A stretch of DNA of 64,000 nucleotides. Source: an uncultured delta proteobacterium (lineage in GTDB: Bacteria; Myxococcota; Myxococcia; Myxococcales; Anaeromyxobacteraceae). Every line of letters begins with the position of its first letter. The first letter of the stretch is position 1. Below, piece after piece: positions 22,345-34,670 of the stretch. A program made the translations under genes and the position numbers. Below the pieces are notes generated by a model. The model was given only the letters and a program-made list of their open reading frames with translations. It had not been told where the DNA came from and searched no databases. The stretch is from contig CAWGDE010000023.1 of assembly GCA_963821195.1 (NCBI GenBank), positions 99,806-163,805 on the forward strand. Reading direction: 5' to 3'.

Positions 22345-23178
22345 ATGAAGATCGCGCTCGCCGTCGCCGTCGTCCTCGTGCTCGTCGCCGCCGCGCTCGC
22401 CGTCGCGGACCGGCTGAACCACCGCGCGTTCCTCGCGGACGCGGCCGCCGCCGTCGCGGCCTCGCCGCGGCAGCCCGACGCGCCGCTCACGGAGGCGGAC
22501 CTCGCCGGGCTGCCGCCGCCCGTCGCGGCCCACCTCCGCGCCGCCGGCGTCGTCGGCCAGCGCCGCGCGAGCGTCGCCCGCCTCCGCCACGGCGGCCGGT
22601 TCCTCGCGTCGAAGGAGGTCGGCTGGAAGCCGATCGCGGGCGAGTACGTCCTCACCACCGGGACGCCGGCGTTCCTCTGGTACGGCCGGATCCGGACGGC
22701 CCCGCTCGTCCCCGTCGTCGCGCGGGACGGGTTCGCGCTCGGGCGCGGCCGCATGCTCGTGAAGGTGTTCGGGGCGATCTCGATCGTGGACGCCCGCGGC
22801 CCCGAGATGGATCAGGCCGGCTTCGACCGGCTCCTCGCGGAGCTGACGCTCGTTCCGACGGCGCTCCTCCCGGGTCCGCACCTCCGCTGGGAACCGATCG
22901 ACGACCGCTCCGCCCGCGCGTTCCTCGCGCTCGGGGACCTGCGCGCCAGCATGATCTTCCGCCGCGATCCCGCCACGGGCGAGACCGTCCTCGAGCTCGA
23001 GCGCGGGCGCCAGGAGGGCGACCGCGTCGTGCGACGCACGTTCCGGGCGCGCGCGTCCGGTGAGCCGCTCCGGGCGGGCGGCTTCACGCTCCGGCGCCGG
23101 ATCGAGGGGACCTGGCTCCTCCCCGAGGGCGAGCTCAAGTACGTCGACTTCGTCCTCGAGGAGGCGCGGTTCGAGTAA
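22345..23178 (+). CDS. Conserved hypothetical membrane-anchored/secreted protein (DUF6544-like)
   Basis: N-terminal hydrophobic helix; TEADLAGLPPPVAAHL, GPEMDQA, LRWEPIDD; AGAGGG RBS. Confidence 0.6.
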   Translation: MKIALAVAVVLVLVAAALAVADRLNHRAFLADAAAAVAASPRQPDAPLTEADLAGLPPPVAAHLRAAGVVGQRRASVARLRHGGRFLASKEVGWKPIAGEYVLTTGTPAFLWYGRIRTAPLVPVVARDGFALGRGRMLVKVFGAISIVDARGPEMDQAGFDRLLAELTLVPTALLPGPHLRWEPIDDRSARAFLALGDLRASMIFRRDPATGETVLELERGRQEGDRVVRRTFRARASGEPLRAGGFTLRRRIEGTWLLPEGELKYVDFVLEEARFE

Positions 23179-23237
23179 CAGCAGAGGAAGAGCCGGCTGG
23201 GGTCGCGGCGACCCACGCCCCGGGCGCGACGGATGGC

Positions 23238-24128
23238 TCAGCCCCGCCGCCGCTCCATCACGCTCCGCCCCACCCAGTCGCAGGCGAACTGGTAGGCGAT
23301 GCGGCCGCTGCGGTCTCCCTTCTTCTGGGACCAGAGGATCGCCTCCTGCTCGACCGCCTTCGTCCACGGCACGCGCTCGCCGGTCTGCGCGGCGAGCTTC
23401 TCGACCCAGCGGCGGACGACGTCGACGTAGAGGTCCTGGCTGAAGGGATGGAACGCGACCCAGAGCCCGAACCGGCCGGAGAGGGACATCTTCTCCTCCA
23501 CCGCCTCGCCGTGGTGGATCTCGCCCTCGACCATCATCGCGCCGCGGTTGTCGCTCTCGTACTCCGACACGAGGTGGCGACGGTTCGAGGTGACGTAGAT
23601 CAGGACGTTCTCCGGCAGCGCGTAGACGGCGCCGTCGAGCGCGCTCTTCAGCACCTTGTAGCTCGGGTCGCCGGACTCGAAGGAGAGGTCGTCCGAGAAG
23701 ACGATGAACCGGTACGGCTGCGCCTTCACCTCGTCGGCGATCGCCGGCAGGAAGACGAGGTCGTCCTTGTCCACCTGGACGATCCGGAGGCCGCGGTCCG
23801 CGTAGGCGTGGAGCAGCGCGCGGACGAGCGACGACTTGCCGGTGCCGCGCGTGCCCCAGAGCAGCGCGTTGTTCGCGGGGACGCCGGCGAGGAACTGGCG
23901 CGTGTTCTCCTCGAGCGCCTTCTTCTGCGCGTCGATGCCGACGAGGTCGTCGAGGTGCATCGCCTCGACGCCCGGGACCGGCTCGAGCGTCCCCGCGAAG
24001 GCGCTCCGGTGCCAGTTGGCGGCGTGGCAGGCCGCCCAGTCGATCTTCCGCGCGGGCGGCGGCAGGAGCGGCTCCAGCCGGTCGAGGACCCGCTTCAGGC
24101 GCTCCGTCAGCTCCGGATCGAGGCTCAC
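23238..24128 (-). CDS. DUF815-family AAA+ ATPase
   Basis: Walker A GTRGTGKSS, DDLSFE, TSNRRHL, EAVEEKMSLSGRFG, RSGRIAYQF. Confidence 0.85.
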   Translation of the reverse strand: MSLDPELTERLKRVLDRLEPLLPPPARKIDWAACHAANWHRSAFAGTLEPVPGVEAMHLDDLVGIDAQKKALEENTRQFLAGVPANNALLWGTRGTGKSSLVRALLHAYADRGLRIVQVDKDDLVFLPAIADEVKAQPYRFIVFSDDLSFESGDPSYKVLKSALDGAVYALPENVLIYVTSNRRHLVSEYESDNRGAMMVEGEIHHGEAVEEKMSLSGRFGLWVAFHPFSQDLYVDVVRRWVEKLAAQTGERVPWTKAVEQEAILWSQKKGDRSGRIAYQFACDWVGRSVMERRRG

Positions 24129-24147
24129 CGCTCCTCCTCTCGAGGCG

Positions 24148-24187
24148 AAAAGGAACGGGGCAGGGGACGCGCCGGCCCCCTGCCCCG
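24148..24187 (-). terminator. Intrinsic terminator after sdhB
   Basis: Stem CGGGGCAGGGG...CCCCTGCCCCG followed by TTCCTTTT on the minus strand. Confidence 0.65.
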
Positions 24188-24209
24188 CCCTGCGATGCGT
24201 GTACGCAGG

Positions 24210-25010
24210 CTAGGCGCCGCCCGCCGACTTCGCGACCGCCCCGACCTTCTCCTTGGCGAGGGCCTTGATGAACTCGCGGTTGAGGCGGGCGATGAACTTC
24301 ACGTTGATGCCCTTCGGGCACGCCGCCTCGCACTCGTAGTGGTTCGAGCAGTTGCCGAACCCGTTGTCCGCCATCGCCTTGATCATCGCGGCGACGCGCT
24401 CCGGCGCCTCCACCTGGCCCTGGGGCAGCTCGTTGAGCTGCGCCACCTTGGCGCCGGCGAAGAGCATCGCCGCGCCGTTCGGGCAGGCCGCGACGCACGC
24501 GCCGCAACCGATGCACTCGGCGGCGTCCATCGCGTAGTCGGCGGAGCGCTTCGGCACCGGGACGGCGTTCCCGTCGGGCACGCCGCCCGTGTGGCAGGAG
24601 ACCCAGCCCGCCTCCTGGATGAGGCGGTCGAGGGCGCCGCGGTCCACCATCAGGTCCTTGATGACGGGGAACGCGCGGGCCCGCCAGGGCTCGAGGTAGA
24701 TCGCGTCACCGTCCTTGAACTTCCGCATGTGCAGCTGGCAGAGGGTCGTGCGCTTCTGCCCGCCGTGCGGGACGCCGTTCACCACGGCGGAGCACATGCC
24801 GCAGATGCCCTCGCGGCAGTCGTGATCGAAGACGATCGGCTCCTTGCCCGCCTTGATGATGTCCTCGTTGCAGACGTCCAGCATCTCGAGGAACGAGTGG
24901 TGCGGCGTGCACTTGACCTCGTAGTTCTCGAACCGTCCCGGCGCGTTCGGACCGGCCTGGCGCCAGACGATCAGCTTGATGTTCATCGTCTCGGAAGCGT
25001 GCGCGCTCAT
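24210..25010 (-). CDS. sdhB: Succinate dehydrogenase/fumarate reductase Fe-S subunit
   Basis: [34 protein letters not shown]. Confidence 0.92.
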   Translation of the reverse strand: MSAHASETMNIKLIVWRQAGPNAPGRFENYEVKCTPHHSFLEMLDVCNEDIIKAGKEPIVFDHDCREGICGMCSAVVNGVPHGGQKRTTLCQLHMRKFKDGDAIYLEPWRARAFPVIKDLMVDRGALDRLIQEAGWVSCHTGGVPDGNAVPVPKRSADYAMDAAECIGCGACVAACPNGAAMLFAGAKVAQLNELPQGQVEAPERVAAMIKAMADNGFGNCSNHYECEAACPKGINVKFIARLNREFIKALAKEKVGAVAKSAGGA

Positions 25011-26929
25011 TACTTGTAGCTCCTGACCGCGAGGTGGACGTTCTCGAACTTCAGCGGCTCCTTGTGAAGCTCGGATTCCTTCCCGACTCCCTTGAACTCC
25101 CACGCCGCGGCGTAGCAGAAGTTCGCGTCATCGCGCTTCGCCTCGCCGTCGGGGTACTGGCTCTCGACCCGGAAGTGGCCGCCGCACGACTCCTTGCGGT
25201 GGAGGGCGTCGCGCGCGAGCAGCTCGGCGAACTCGATGAAGTCGGCGGTGCGGCCGGCGTTCTCGAGCTGCTGGTTCACCTGCTCGCCGCTGCCCGTCAC
25301 CTTGAGGTTCTTCCAGAACTCCTCGCGGATCGTGGGGATCGTCTCGAGGGCGTGCGTGAGCGACTGCTCGCTGCGCGCCATCCCGACGTCGTTCCACATG
25401 AGCGTGCCGATCTCGCGCATGAACTCGGTGACGGTCTTCTTCCCGTTGATGGAGAGGAGCTTCTTCGTGCTCTCCTTCACCTCGGCGATCGACTTCGCGC
25501 ACTCCGGGTGGTCCGCCTTCACCTTGCCCGGCTTCGTCTGGGCGAGGTACCCGCCGATCGTGTAGGGGATGACGAAGTAGCCGTCCGCGAGCCCCTGCAT
25601 GAGCGCGCTCGCGCCCAGGCGGTTCGCGCCGTGGACGGAGAAGTTCGCCTCGCCGAGCACGAACAGGCCGGGGAGGTTGCTCATCAGGTTGTAGTCCACC
25701 CAGAGCCCGCCCATCGCGTAGTGCGGCGCCGGGTAGATGCGCATCGGCCGCTTGTACCCGTCCTCGTCGGTGATCCGCTCGTACATCTCGAACAGGTTGC
25801 CGTAGCGCTCGGCGATGACGGGCTGGCCGAGCCGCTTGATCGAGTCCTTGAAGTCGAGGTAGACGCCGCGCCCGCCGGGACCGACGCCGCGCTGGTCGTC
25901 GCAGGCCTCCTTCGCGGCGCGGGACGAGATGTCGCGCGGGGCGAGGTTGCCGAACGTCGGGTACTTCCGCTCGAGGTAGTAGTCGCGATCCTCCTCGGGG
26001 ATCTGGTTCGGATCCTTGCCGGCGTCTTCCTTCTTCTTCGGCACCCAGACCCGGCCGTCGTTGCGGAGCGACTCGGACATGAGCGTCAGCTTGGACTGGT
26101 AGTCGCCCGCCTGCGGGATGCACGTCGGGTGGATCTGCGTGTAGCAGGGGTTCGCGAAGTAGGCGCCCTTCTTGTGCGCCTTCCAGTTCGCGGTGACGCT
26201 GCACCCCTTCGCGTTCGTCGAGAGGTAGAAGACGTTCACGTACCCGCCGGTGCAGAGGCACACTGCGTCGGCGACGTGGGCGCGGATCTCGCCGGTCACC
26301 ATGTCGCGAACCGTGATGCCCTTCGCCTCGCCGTCCACGACGACGAGGTCGAGCATCTCGGTGCGCGGGAACATCTTCACCGTGCCCGCCTTGATCTGGC
26401 GGGAGAGCGCGGAGTACGCGCCGAGGAGCAGCTGCTGGCCCGTCTGGCCGCGCGCGTAGAAGGTGCGGGAGACCTGGGCGCCGCCGAACGACCGGGTATC
26501 GAGGTAGCCGGCGTAGTCGCGCGCGAACGGGACGCCCTGCGCGACGCACTGGTCGATGATGTTGTTCGACACCTGCGCGAGGCGCCACACGTCGGCCTCG
26601 CGAGCGCGGAAGTCGCCGCCCTTGATGGTGTCGTAGAACAGGCGGTAGATGCTGTCGCCGTCGTTCGGGTAGTTCTTCGCGGCGTTGATGCCGCCCTGCG
26701 CGGCGATCGAGTGGGCGCGGCGGGGGCTGTCCTGGTAGCAGAACGCCTCGACCGCGTAGCCGAGCTCGCCCAGCGAGGCCGCAGCGGAGGCGCCGGCGAG
26801 GCCGGTGCCCACCACGATGACCTTGTACTTCCGCTTGTTCGCGGGGTTCACCAGCTTCAGGTCGAAGCGGTACTTGTCCCAGGAGTCCTGGATGCGAACG
26901 CCGGTTGGGGCCTTTCCGTCGAGAATCAC
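25010..26929 (-). CDS. sdhA: Succinate dehydrogenase/fumarate reductase flavoprotein
   Basis: [48 protein letters not shown]. Confidence 0.93.
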   Translation of the reverse strand: MILDGKAPTGVRIQDSWDKYRFDLKLVNPANKRKYKVIVVGTGLAGASAAASLGELGYAVEAFCYQDSPRRAHSIAAQGGINAAKNYPNDGDSIYRLFYDTIKGGDFRAREADVWRLAQVSNNIIDQCVAQGVPFARDYAGYLDTRSFGGAQVSRTFYARGQTGQQLLLGAYSALSRQIKAGTVKMFPRTEMLDLVVVDGEAKGITVRDMVTGEIRAHVADAVCLCTGGYVNVFYLSTNAKGCSVTANWKAHKKGAYFANPCYTQIHPTCIPQAGDYQSKLTLMSESLRNDGRVWVPKKKEDAGKDPNQIPEEDRDYYLERKYPTFGNLAPRDISSRAAKEACDDQRGVGPGGRGVYLDFKDSIKRLGQPVIAERYGNLFEMYERITDEDGYKRPMRIYPAPHYAMGGLWVDYNLMSNLPGLFVLGEANFSVHGANRLGASALMQGLADGYFVIPYTIGGYLAQTKPGKVKADHPECAKSIAEVKESTKKLLSINGKKTVTEFMREIGTLMWNDVGMARSEQSLTHALETIPTIREEFWKNLKVTGSGEQVNQQLENAGRTADFIEFAELLARDALHRKESCGGHFRVESQYPDGEAKRDDANFCYAAAWEFKGVGKESELHKEPLKFENVHLAVRSYK

Positions 26930-26939
26930 TGTGTCCTCC

Positions 26940-27593
26940 TTAGGCGCTCAGGAAGCCGGCGAGGAGCGCGACGGGGATCGCGCCGAAGCCGACGAGGAAG
27001 ATGAACGAGGCGACCTTCCCGGCCATCCCGTAGCGCGGGAGCATCACGGCGTTGCTGAGGCCGAGGGTCTGGAAGAGGCTCTGGATGCCGTGCGACAGGT
27101 GGAGGAACAGCGCCACCATCGCGATCACGTACGCGCCCACGGTGAGGCCGCTCTTGAAGGCGGTCGCGACCATCGTGAAGACGTCGTTCCGCCCAGCGGA
27201 GTCCTGTCCGGGCGTGACGCCGATGGTGAAGTGGAACAGGTGGTAGACGATGAACACCCCGAGGATCACGCCCGTCCAGATCATGTACTTGCTGGCGAAC
27301 GTCGCCTTGAGGTGCCGCGTCACCGCGTACTTGTCCGGCTTCGCCTTCGAGTTCTCCATCGTGATCTGGATGGAGAGCACGACGTGCAGCACCACCGCCG
27401 TCCCCATCACGACGCGCGTGATCCAGACCACGATCGCGAGATCGTGCAGGTGCTGGGCGTAGCTGTTGATGCCGTCCGCGCCCGCGAAGATGGTGAGGTT
27501 ACCGAGAAGGTGGCCGACGACGAACAGGACCATGAGCAGTCCCGAGACCGCCATCACGGCCTTCCTTCCGATCGAATCCGAGAACAGTTTCAT
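26940..27593 (-). CDS. sdhC: Succinate dehydrogenase cytochrome b subunit
   Basis: [12 protein letters not shown]...HLLGN, five hydrophobic helices with His ligands, HLSHG. Confidence 0.9.
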   Translation of the reverse strand: MKLFSDSIGRKAVMAVSGLLMVLFVVGHLLGNLTIFAGADGINSYAQHLHDLAIVVWITRVVMGTAVVLHVVLSIQITMENSKAKPDKYAVTRHLKATFASKYMIWTGVILGVFIVYHLFHFTIGVTPGQDSAGRNDVFTMVATAFKSGLTVGAYVIAMVALFLHLSHGIQSLFQTLGLSNAVMLPRYGMAGKVASFIFLVGFGAIPVALLAGFLSA

Positions 27594-27884
27594 GAGCGTT
27601 CCTTCTCAGGTGAAGGGGCGAGCACCGCCCGCGGTGCCGCGCGGATGGAACGACGGCGCGACAATGTACACCAAGAGGCCACCCGCGCGAGACCACTCGA
27701 AAAATGGAGCGATGCGGGCGACGAATCGATGTGGAGCGGAAAGGGCGATGATCCGGCGGGCCGGCGAGCGGTCGCCTGCCGTCCCCTCCTTAAACGCTCG
27801 CTCACCGGAAGTGGCGCGCGAGCTCGTTGGCCCACCAACGGCCGAGCGCTCCTGCGTGCTCCCGCCCGCTCACGCAGGCCAACC

Positions 27885-27911
27885 CTGGCCCCCGCTGGCG
27901 CGGGGAGGGGG
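27885..27911. repeat. Degenerate REP-like palindrome downstream of pyc
   Basis: CCCTGGCCCCCGC-TG-GCGCGGGGAGGG resembles the 10136 element. Confidence 0.35.
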
Positions 27912-27921
27912 AGTCACCCGA

Positions 27922-30900
27922 TCACGCGAGCACGACGATGAGATCGTCCTTCTCGACCTTGTCGCCTTCCTTGTACTTGACCTCGGCGATCTTGCAGTCC
28001 GCCTTGGCCTTCACGTTCGTCTCCATCTTCATGGCCTCGGTGACCATGAGGATGGCGCCCGCCTTCACGGCGTCGCCGGGCTTCACCGCGACCTTGAGGA
28101 CCTTCCCCGGCATGGGCGCGCCCACGTGGCTCGGATTCCCGCGGTCCGCCTTCACGCGGACCGCGCCGCCCTGCGCGGCGGCCTGGTCGCGCACCGTGAC
28201 GGTCCGGCCCTCGCCGTTCAGCTCGAAGTAGAGGTCGCGCGTGCCGTCCTTCTCGAGCTTGCCGACCGTGACGAGCCGGACGATGAGCGTCTTGCCGGGC
28301 TCGATCTCGATCGAGGTCTCCTGCCCCGGCTCGAGGCCGTAGAGGAACACCGGCGTCGGGATGACGGACGTGTCCGAGTACTCCTCGCGGTGGCGGACGA
28401 GGTCGGGGAAGACGTTCGGGTAGAGGAGCCACGACACGAGCGCCTTGTCGTCGACGGAGCCGCCGATCCGCTGCGAGGCGCGGGTGCGCTCCGCCTCGAG
28501 GTCCGCCGGCTCGAGGAGCTCGCCCGGGCGGCAGGTGATGGGCTCCTGGTCCTTCAGGATCACCTTCCGGAGCTTCTCCGGGAACCCGCCGTGGAGCTGG
28601 CCGAGCATGCCGCGCGCGAGGCCGATCACGGACTCGGGGAAGGCGAGGTCCCTGCCCTTCTCCGTGAACAGGTCCTCCGGCTCGAGCCCGTTCTTCACGA
28701 GGAACATGGCCATGTCGCCGACCACCTTCGACGACGGCGTCACCTTGATGACGTCGCCGAAGAGGAGGTTCACCTTCCGGTACATGTCCTTGCACTCCTC
28801 CCACTTGTCGAGGAGGCCGAGCCCGGCCACTTGCGGCTTGTAGTTCGAGTACTGGCCGCCCGGGATCTCGTGCCGGTAGACCTCGGCGGTGCCGCTCTTC
28901 AGCCCGGACTCGAACGGGGCGTACCACTCGCGCACCGTCTCCCAGTAGTTCGCGAGGAGCTGCAGCCCGTCCTGGTCGAGCCCGGGGTCCCACTCCGAGC
29001 CCGCGAGCACCGCGGCGAGCGAGTTCAGGTTCGGCTGCGCGGTGAGGCCGGAGAGCGACGAGAGCGCCGCGTCCACGACGTCCACGCCCGCCTTCGCGGC
29101 CTCGAGGATCGTCGCGGCCGCGACGCCGGAGGTGTCGTGGGTGTGGAGGTGGACGGGGATCCCGACCGCGTCCTTGAGCGCCTTCACGAGCTTCGCGGCG
29201 GCAAACGGCTTGAGGAGCCCCGCCATGTCCTTCACGGCGAGGAAGTGCGCCCCCATCCGCTCGAGCTCCTTCGCGAGCTTCACGTAGTAGTCGAGCGGGT
29301 ACTTGTCGCGCTTCGGGTCGGAGACGTCGCCCGTGTAGCAGAGCGCGGCCTCGAGCACCTTCCCCTGCTTGAGGACCGCCTCGCAGGCGACGGTCATGCC
29401 GCGCGTCCAGTTGAGCGCGTCGAACACGCGGAACACGTCCACGCCGCTCTTCGCCGCCTCCTCGACGAACCGCTCGACCACGTTGTCCGGGTAGTTCGTG
29501 TAGCCGACCGCGTTCGAGCCGCGGAGCAGCATCTGGAAGAGGACGTTCGGGACCACTTTGCGGAGCCGGTGGAGCCGCTCCCAGGGGTCCTCCTTCAGGA
29601 ACCGCATCGACACGTCGAACGTCGCGCCGCCCCAGCACTCGAGCGAGAAGAGCCCCGCGGCGAGGTGGGCCGTCGCGGGCGCGATGCGGAGGAGGTCGTG
29701 GGTGCGGACGCGCGTCGCGAGGAGCGACTGGTGCGCGTCGCGCCAGGTGGTGTCGGTGAAGAGGAGCCGCTTCTGGTCGAGGACCCAGCGCGCGAGCCCC
29801 TCGGGCCCGCGCTCGAGGAGGAGGTCGCGGGTCCCCCGGGGCGGCGGGTTCGTGAGGTGCACCCTCGGGATGCGCGGCTCCGGGAGGTCCGCGCTCCGGA
29901 GCGGCCTCGCGACGCCGGGCGAGCCGTTCACCACCGTCTCCCCGAGGAACTTGAGGAGCTTCGTCCCGCGGTCCTTCTTCACCATCACCTGGGCGAGCTC
30001 GGGGTGCGCCTCGATGAACGACGTGTCGCAGCTGCCCCCGAGGAACTCCGGGTTCCGCATGAGGTTCTCGAGGAACGAGATGTTGGTCTTCACGCCGCGG
30101 ACGCGGAACTCCTGGAGCGAGCGGTCCATCACGTGCGCCGCCGCGGGGAAGGTGAGCCCCCACGTCGTGATCTTCACGAGGAGCGAGTCGTAGTGCGGCG
30201 TGATCACCGCGCCGCCGTAGGCCGATCCGGCGTCGAGCCGGACGCCGAAGCCGCCCGGGCTCCGGTAGGCCTGGAGCACGCCGTAGTCGGGCGCGAACCC
30301 GTTCTGCGGGTCCTCGGTGGTGATGCGGCACTGGATGGCGAAGCCGCGCATCTGGACGTCGGCCTGGCTCGCGATCGCGATCTCGGGATCGCCGAGCTTC
30401 TTCCCCTGCGCGACGAGGATCTGCGCCTGGACGAGGTTCCGCCCGGTGATCACCTCCGTCACCGTGTGCTCGACCTGGATCCGGGGGTTCACCTCGATGA
30501 AGTAGTGCTTCCCCTCCTGGTCCACGAGGAACTCGACGGTGCCGGCGTTCCGGTAGGAGACGCTCCGCGCGATCTTGAGCGCGTCCTCGCAGATCGCCTC
30601 GCGCTGCGCCGGCCCGAGCGCCATGGACGGCGCGAACTCGACCACCTTCTGGTGCCGGCGCTGGATGGAGCAGTCGCGCTCGTAGAGGTGGACGAGGTTC
30701 CCGTGGTGGTCGCCGAGGACCTGGACCTCGATGTGCTTCGGGCGCTCGATGTAGCGCTCGAGGAAGACCGCCGGGTTCCCGAAGGCCGCCCCCGCCTCGC
30801 TGCGCGCCGAGACGAGCCCCTCGAGGAGCTCCTTCTGGCTCCGCGCGACGCGCATGCCGCGCCCGCCGCCGCCCGCGCTCGCCTTCACGATGATGGGGTA

Positions 30901-31368
30901 GCCGTGCTGCCTCGCGAAGATGAGCGCCTCCTCGTCGTGGAGGATGGGCTCGGGGGTGCCGGGCACGATCGGGACGCCCGCCGCCGACGCGGCCTTGCGC
31001 CCCGCGACCTTGTCGCCGAGCCTGCGCTGCATCTCGGCGGTCGGGCCGACGAACACGATCCCGGCGCGCTCGCACGCCTCCGCGAACTCGGCGTTCTCGG
31101 AGAGGAACCCGTAGCCGGGGTGGATGGCGTCCACGTCGAGCCGCTTCGCGAGGTCGACGATCTCCTCGATGCCGAGGTAGGCGTCGATGGGCTTCTTGCC
31201 CTTCCCGACGAGGTAGGCCTCGTCGGCCTTGTAGCGGTGCAGCGAGAGCCGGTCCTCCTCCGAGTAGATCGCGATGGTCTGGATCCCGAGCTCGGTGCAG
31301 GCGCGGAAGATGCGGATCGCGATCTCGCCGCGGTTGGCGGCCATGAGTCTCTTGAACGGGACGGGCAT
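27922..31368 (-). CDS. pyc: Pyruvate carboxylase
   Basis: Biotin carboxylase domain, DTTWRDAHQSL, WGGATFDV, HLHTHDT, KVTPSSKVVGD, EAMKM. Confidence 0.95.
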   Translation of the reverse strand: MPVPFKRLMAANRGEIAIRIFRACTELGIQTIAIYSEEDRLSLHRYKADEAYLVGKGKKPIDAYLGIEEIVDLAKRLDVDAIHPGYGFLSENAEFAEACERAGIVFVGPTAEMQRRLGDKVAGRKAASAAGVPIVPGTPEPILHDEEALIFARQHGYPIIVKASAGGGGRGMRVARSQKELLEGLVSARSEAGAAFGNPAVFLERYIERPKHIEVQVLGDHHGNLVHLYERDCSIQRRHQKVVEFAPSMALGPAQREAICEDALKIARSVSYRNAGTVEFLVDQEGKHYFIEVNPRIQVEHTVTEVITGRNLVQAQILVAQGKKLGDPEIAIASQADVQMRGFAIQCRITTEDPQNGFAPDYGVLQAYRSPGGFGVRLDAGSAYGGAVITPHYDSLLVKITTWGLTFPAAAHVMDRSLQEFRVRGVKTNISFLENLMRNPEFLGGSCDTSFIEAHPELAQVMVKKDRGTKLLKFLGETVVNGSPGVARPLRSADLPEPRIPRVHLTNPPPRGTRDLLLERGPEGLARWVLDQKRLLFTDTTWRDAHQSLLATRVRTHDLLRIAPATAHLAAGLFSLECWGGATFDVSMRFLKEDPWERLHRLRKVVPNVLFQMLLRGSNAVGYTNYPDNVVERFVEEAAKSGVDVFRVFDALNWTRGMTVACEAVLKQGKVLEAALCYTGDVSDPKRDKYPLDYYVKLAKELERMGAHFLAVKDMAGLLKPFAAAKLVKALKDAVGIPVHLHTHDTSGVAAATILEAAKAGVDVVDAALSSLSGLTAQPNLNSLAAVLAGSEWDPGLDQDGLQLLANYWETVREWYAPFESGLKSGTAEVYRHEIPGGQYSNYKPQVAGLGLLDKWEECKDMYRKVNLLFGDVIKVTPSSKVVGDMAMFLVKNGLEPEDLFTEKGRDLAFPESVIGLARGMLGQLHGGFPEKLRKVILKDQEPITCRPGELLEPADLEAERTRASQRIGGSVDDKALVSWLLYPNVFPDLVRHREEYSDTSVIPTPVFLYGLEPGQETSIEIEPGKTLIVRLVTVGKLEKDGTRDLYFELNGEGRTVTVRDQAAAQGGAVRVKADRGNPSHVGAPMPGKVLKVAVKPGDAVKAGAILMVTEAMKMETNVKAKADCKIAEVKYKEGDKVEKDDLIVVLA

Positions 31369-31598
31369 GTCGGCTCCGGCGAAGAACGAGGGGCGCGGGC
31401 CCGCGGGCTCGCGTCACGGGGTCGAATGTCGTTCGCTGCTGGCCGCCCTCGGCCCGCGGGCGCGAGCGTCGGGGTGCGTCGGGGATCGGGTCGGGCGGTC
31501 CTGCGGCTCGGCTCGGTCCAGCGCGATGAGGTCGGGCATTGGAGCACATCGCCGGGCGGGGAGTCGAGCCCCCGGCCGGACGCCGCGCTCCGGGCCGA

Positions 31599-34500
31599 TC
31601 AGCCCGCCGCGCGCCGTCCCGCGAACAGCGCGTAGAGCGTCGGCACGACGAGGAGCGTGAGCAGGGTCGACGTGACGAGCCCGCCCATCACCACGACGGC
31701 GAGCGGCTTCTGGATGTCGGCGCCCGAACCCGTCGCGTAGAGCATCGGCAGGTGCCCGATGAAGCTCGTCAGCGCCGTCATGAGGAGCGGCCGGAACCGG
31801 AGGTCGCAGCCCTGCTCCACCGTCTCGGCGACGGAGAGCCCGCGCTCGCGGAGCTGCCGGAAGAACGCCACCAGGACGACGCCGTTCTGGACCGCCACCC
31901 CGAGCAGCACGATGAACGCGACGGCCGCGGAGACGGACAGCGGCATGCCGAAGATCACGACGGCGACGACCCCGCCGACGAGCGCGAACGGCAGGTTCAG
32001 GAGGACGAGCGCGGCGTGGGGCAACGAGCCGAGCGCGAGGTAGAGGAGCAGGAACACGAGCGCGAGCGCGACCGGGACCACGACCGCGAGGCGCCCCATC
32101 GCGCGCTCCTGGTTCTCGAACTGGCCGCCGAGCCGGAGGAAGTACCCCGGGGGCAGCTCGCGCTCGATCCCCTGGATGCGCGCGCGGACGTCCTCCACGA
32201 AGCCGCCGAGATCGCGCCCGCGGACGTTCGCCTCGACGACGACGCGCCGCATCCCGTTCTCCCGGCTGACCTGAGCGGGCGCCTCGACGAGGTGCACCTT
32301 CGCGAGCTGCGCGAGCGGAACGCGCTCTCCCTCGGGGCCCGGGACGAGCAGCCGCAAGATCTCGTCGATGTCCCGGCGGCGCTCCTCCGGGAAGCGCACC
32401 GTGACCGCGAACCGGCGCTGGCCCTCGATGAGCGTGCTCGCCTGCCGACCGCCGATGGCGGTCTCGATGGTGTCGTTCACGTCGCCGACGCGGATGCCGT
32501 ACCGGGCGGCGGCCTCGCGATCGATGTCGAGGTCGTACTGGGGCATCCCGGAGACCTGCTCGACCTTGACGTCGCCGGCCCCGCGAACGCCCCCCAGGGC
32601 CGCGCCGATCCGGTCCGCGAAGCCCTTCAGCACCTCGAGGTCGGGACCGAAGACCTTCACGGCGAGGTCGCTCTTCACGCCCGAGATGAGCTCGTTCACG
32701 CGGAGCGCGATGGGCTGGGAGAACGAGAGGCGGAGGCCGGGGACGTCGGAGAGCTCCTTCCGCAGCGCCTCGACGAGCTCCTGCTTGTCGCGCCCGCTCT
32801 TCCAGGCGCGGCGCGGCTTCAGCATCACGAACACGTCCGTCTGCTCCGGCCCCATCGGGTCCTCGGAGATCTCGGCGCGGCCGGTCTTCGACACGACCGT
32901 GTCCACCTCCGGGAACTCCCGCAGCCGCTGCTCCATGTAGCGCGCGACGCTCACGCGAGCCCGCGAGCGACGCGTTCGGCAGCCGGACCACGTTGATCGC
33001 GATGGACCCCTCGTCGAGGGGCGGCATGAACTCGGTCCCGATGAGCGGGACGAGCGCGGCGGACGCGACCAGCACCACCGTGCTGATCGCCATCGTGCGG
33101 TGCGGGTGAGCGACGGCGCGCCGGAGGAGGCGCAGGTAGCCCTCGTGGAAGCGCCGCACGAGGCGGAACTCCCTCTCCGGCTCCTGCCTGAGGAGCGTCG
33201 CGGAGAGCACCGGGACCACCGTGAGCGCGACGACGAGCGACACGAGCAGCGCGATGAGCATCGTGGTCGCGAGCGGGGCGAACATCTTCCCCTCGATCCC
33301 CTGCAGCGCATAGAGCGGCACGAGGATGACGGCGATCACCAGGACCGAGAAGGCGACGGGCCGGGCGACCTCCCGCACCGCAATCGCCACGACGTCCTGG
33401 CGGCTCCGCGTCCGATCCTCGGCGAGGTGCCGCCGCACGTTCTCGACCACGACGATCGACGCGTCCACGACCATCCCGACCGAGAAGGCGAGGCCGCCGA
33501 GGGACATGAGGTTCGAGGTGAGCCCCGCCCAGCCCATGACGATGAACGACACGAGAAACGTGAACGGCAGCGAGAAGAGGACGACGGCGGCGGTGCGGAG
33601 CTCGGCCAGGAACAGGAACAGGACCAGGATGACGAAGATCCCGCCCTCCAGCAGCGCGTCGACGACGGTCTTGATGCAGGCCTCGATGAGCGAGGTCCGG
33701 TCGTAGAAGACGCTGATCCGGGCGCCCTCCGGCAAGGTCGCCCGGGCGCGCTCGATCGCCCCCTTCACGCCCGCGACCACGTCCTTCGCGTTCGCCCCCT
33801 TCAGCATGATCACCATGCCGGCCACGGCCTCGCCCTCGCCGTCTCGCGTCACGGCCCCCTGGCGCGGCTCGGCCCCGATCACGACGTCGGCGACGTCCCG
33901 CAGGTACACCGGCGAGCCGTCGAACGCGCCGAGGACGATCCGCTCGATGTCCGGCACGTCGCGGAGGAGGCCCACGCCGCGCAGGTACGTCTGCTCCCAC
34001 CCCGCGACGACGACCCCGCCGCCCGCGTTCCCGTTCGACCGCTCGATGGCCTCGGAGACGTCGCGGACGGTGAGCCGGTACTTCACGAGCCGGTCCGGAT
34101 GGACGAGGACCTGGTACTGCTTCACCTCGCCCCCGAAGCTGTTCACCTCGTTCACGCCGGGGATGGGCCGGAGCTGCGGCGACAGGATCCAGTCCTGGAT
34201 CGTCCGCAGATCCATCGGGGAGAGCCCCTCCCCCTCCAGCGTGTACTGGAAGATCTCGCCGAGCCCGGTGGAGATCGGGCCGAGGGCCGGCTCGACGCCG
34301 GGCGGCAGGTGCTCGCGGGCACCGGCGAGCCGCTCGAACACCACCTGGCGCGTCCAGTAGGTCTCCGCGCCGTCCTCGAACACGACGACGACCTGGGACA
34401 GCTCGGCCTTCGAGAGCGAGCGCACCTGGAGGACGCGCGGGAGCCCTCGCATCTCCTGCTCGATGGGGAAGCTCACGCGCTGCTCGACGTCGACCGCCGC

Positions 34501-34662
34501 GAGTCCCGGCGCCTTCGTCAGGATCATCACCTGCGTGTTGGTGACGTCCGGGAACGCGTCGATGGGGAGCCGCTTCCAGGCGAGCCAGCCTGCGACCGCG
34601 AGGGCCGCGGTGACGCCGAGGACGAGGATCCGGTTCTTCAGGAGCCACGCGATGACGCGCAT
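31599..34662 (-). CDS. CusA/CzcA-family heavy-metal RND efflux permease, +1 frameshift near 32955
   Basis: LPIDAFPDVTNTQV, GPISTGLGEI, NLMSLGGLA...VVDASIVVVEN, RFRPLLMTA, IQKPLAVVVMGG. Confidence 0.9.
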
Positions 34663-34670
34663 CGTCGCCC

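Noticed and set aside
27600-27760. Short direct repeats (GCTCCA) upstream of sdhC
   Set aside because: Too short to distinguish from chance in GC-rich DNA.
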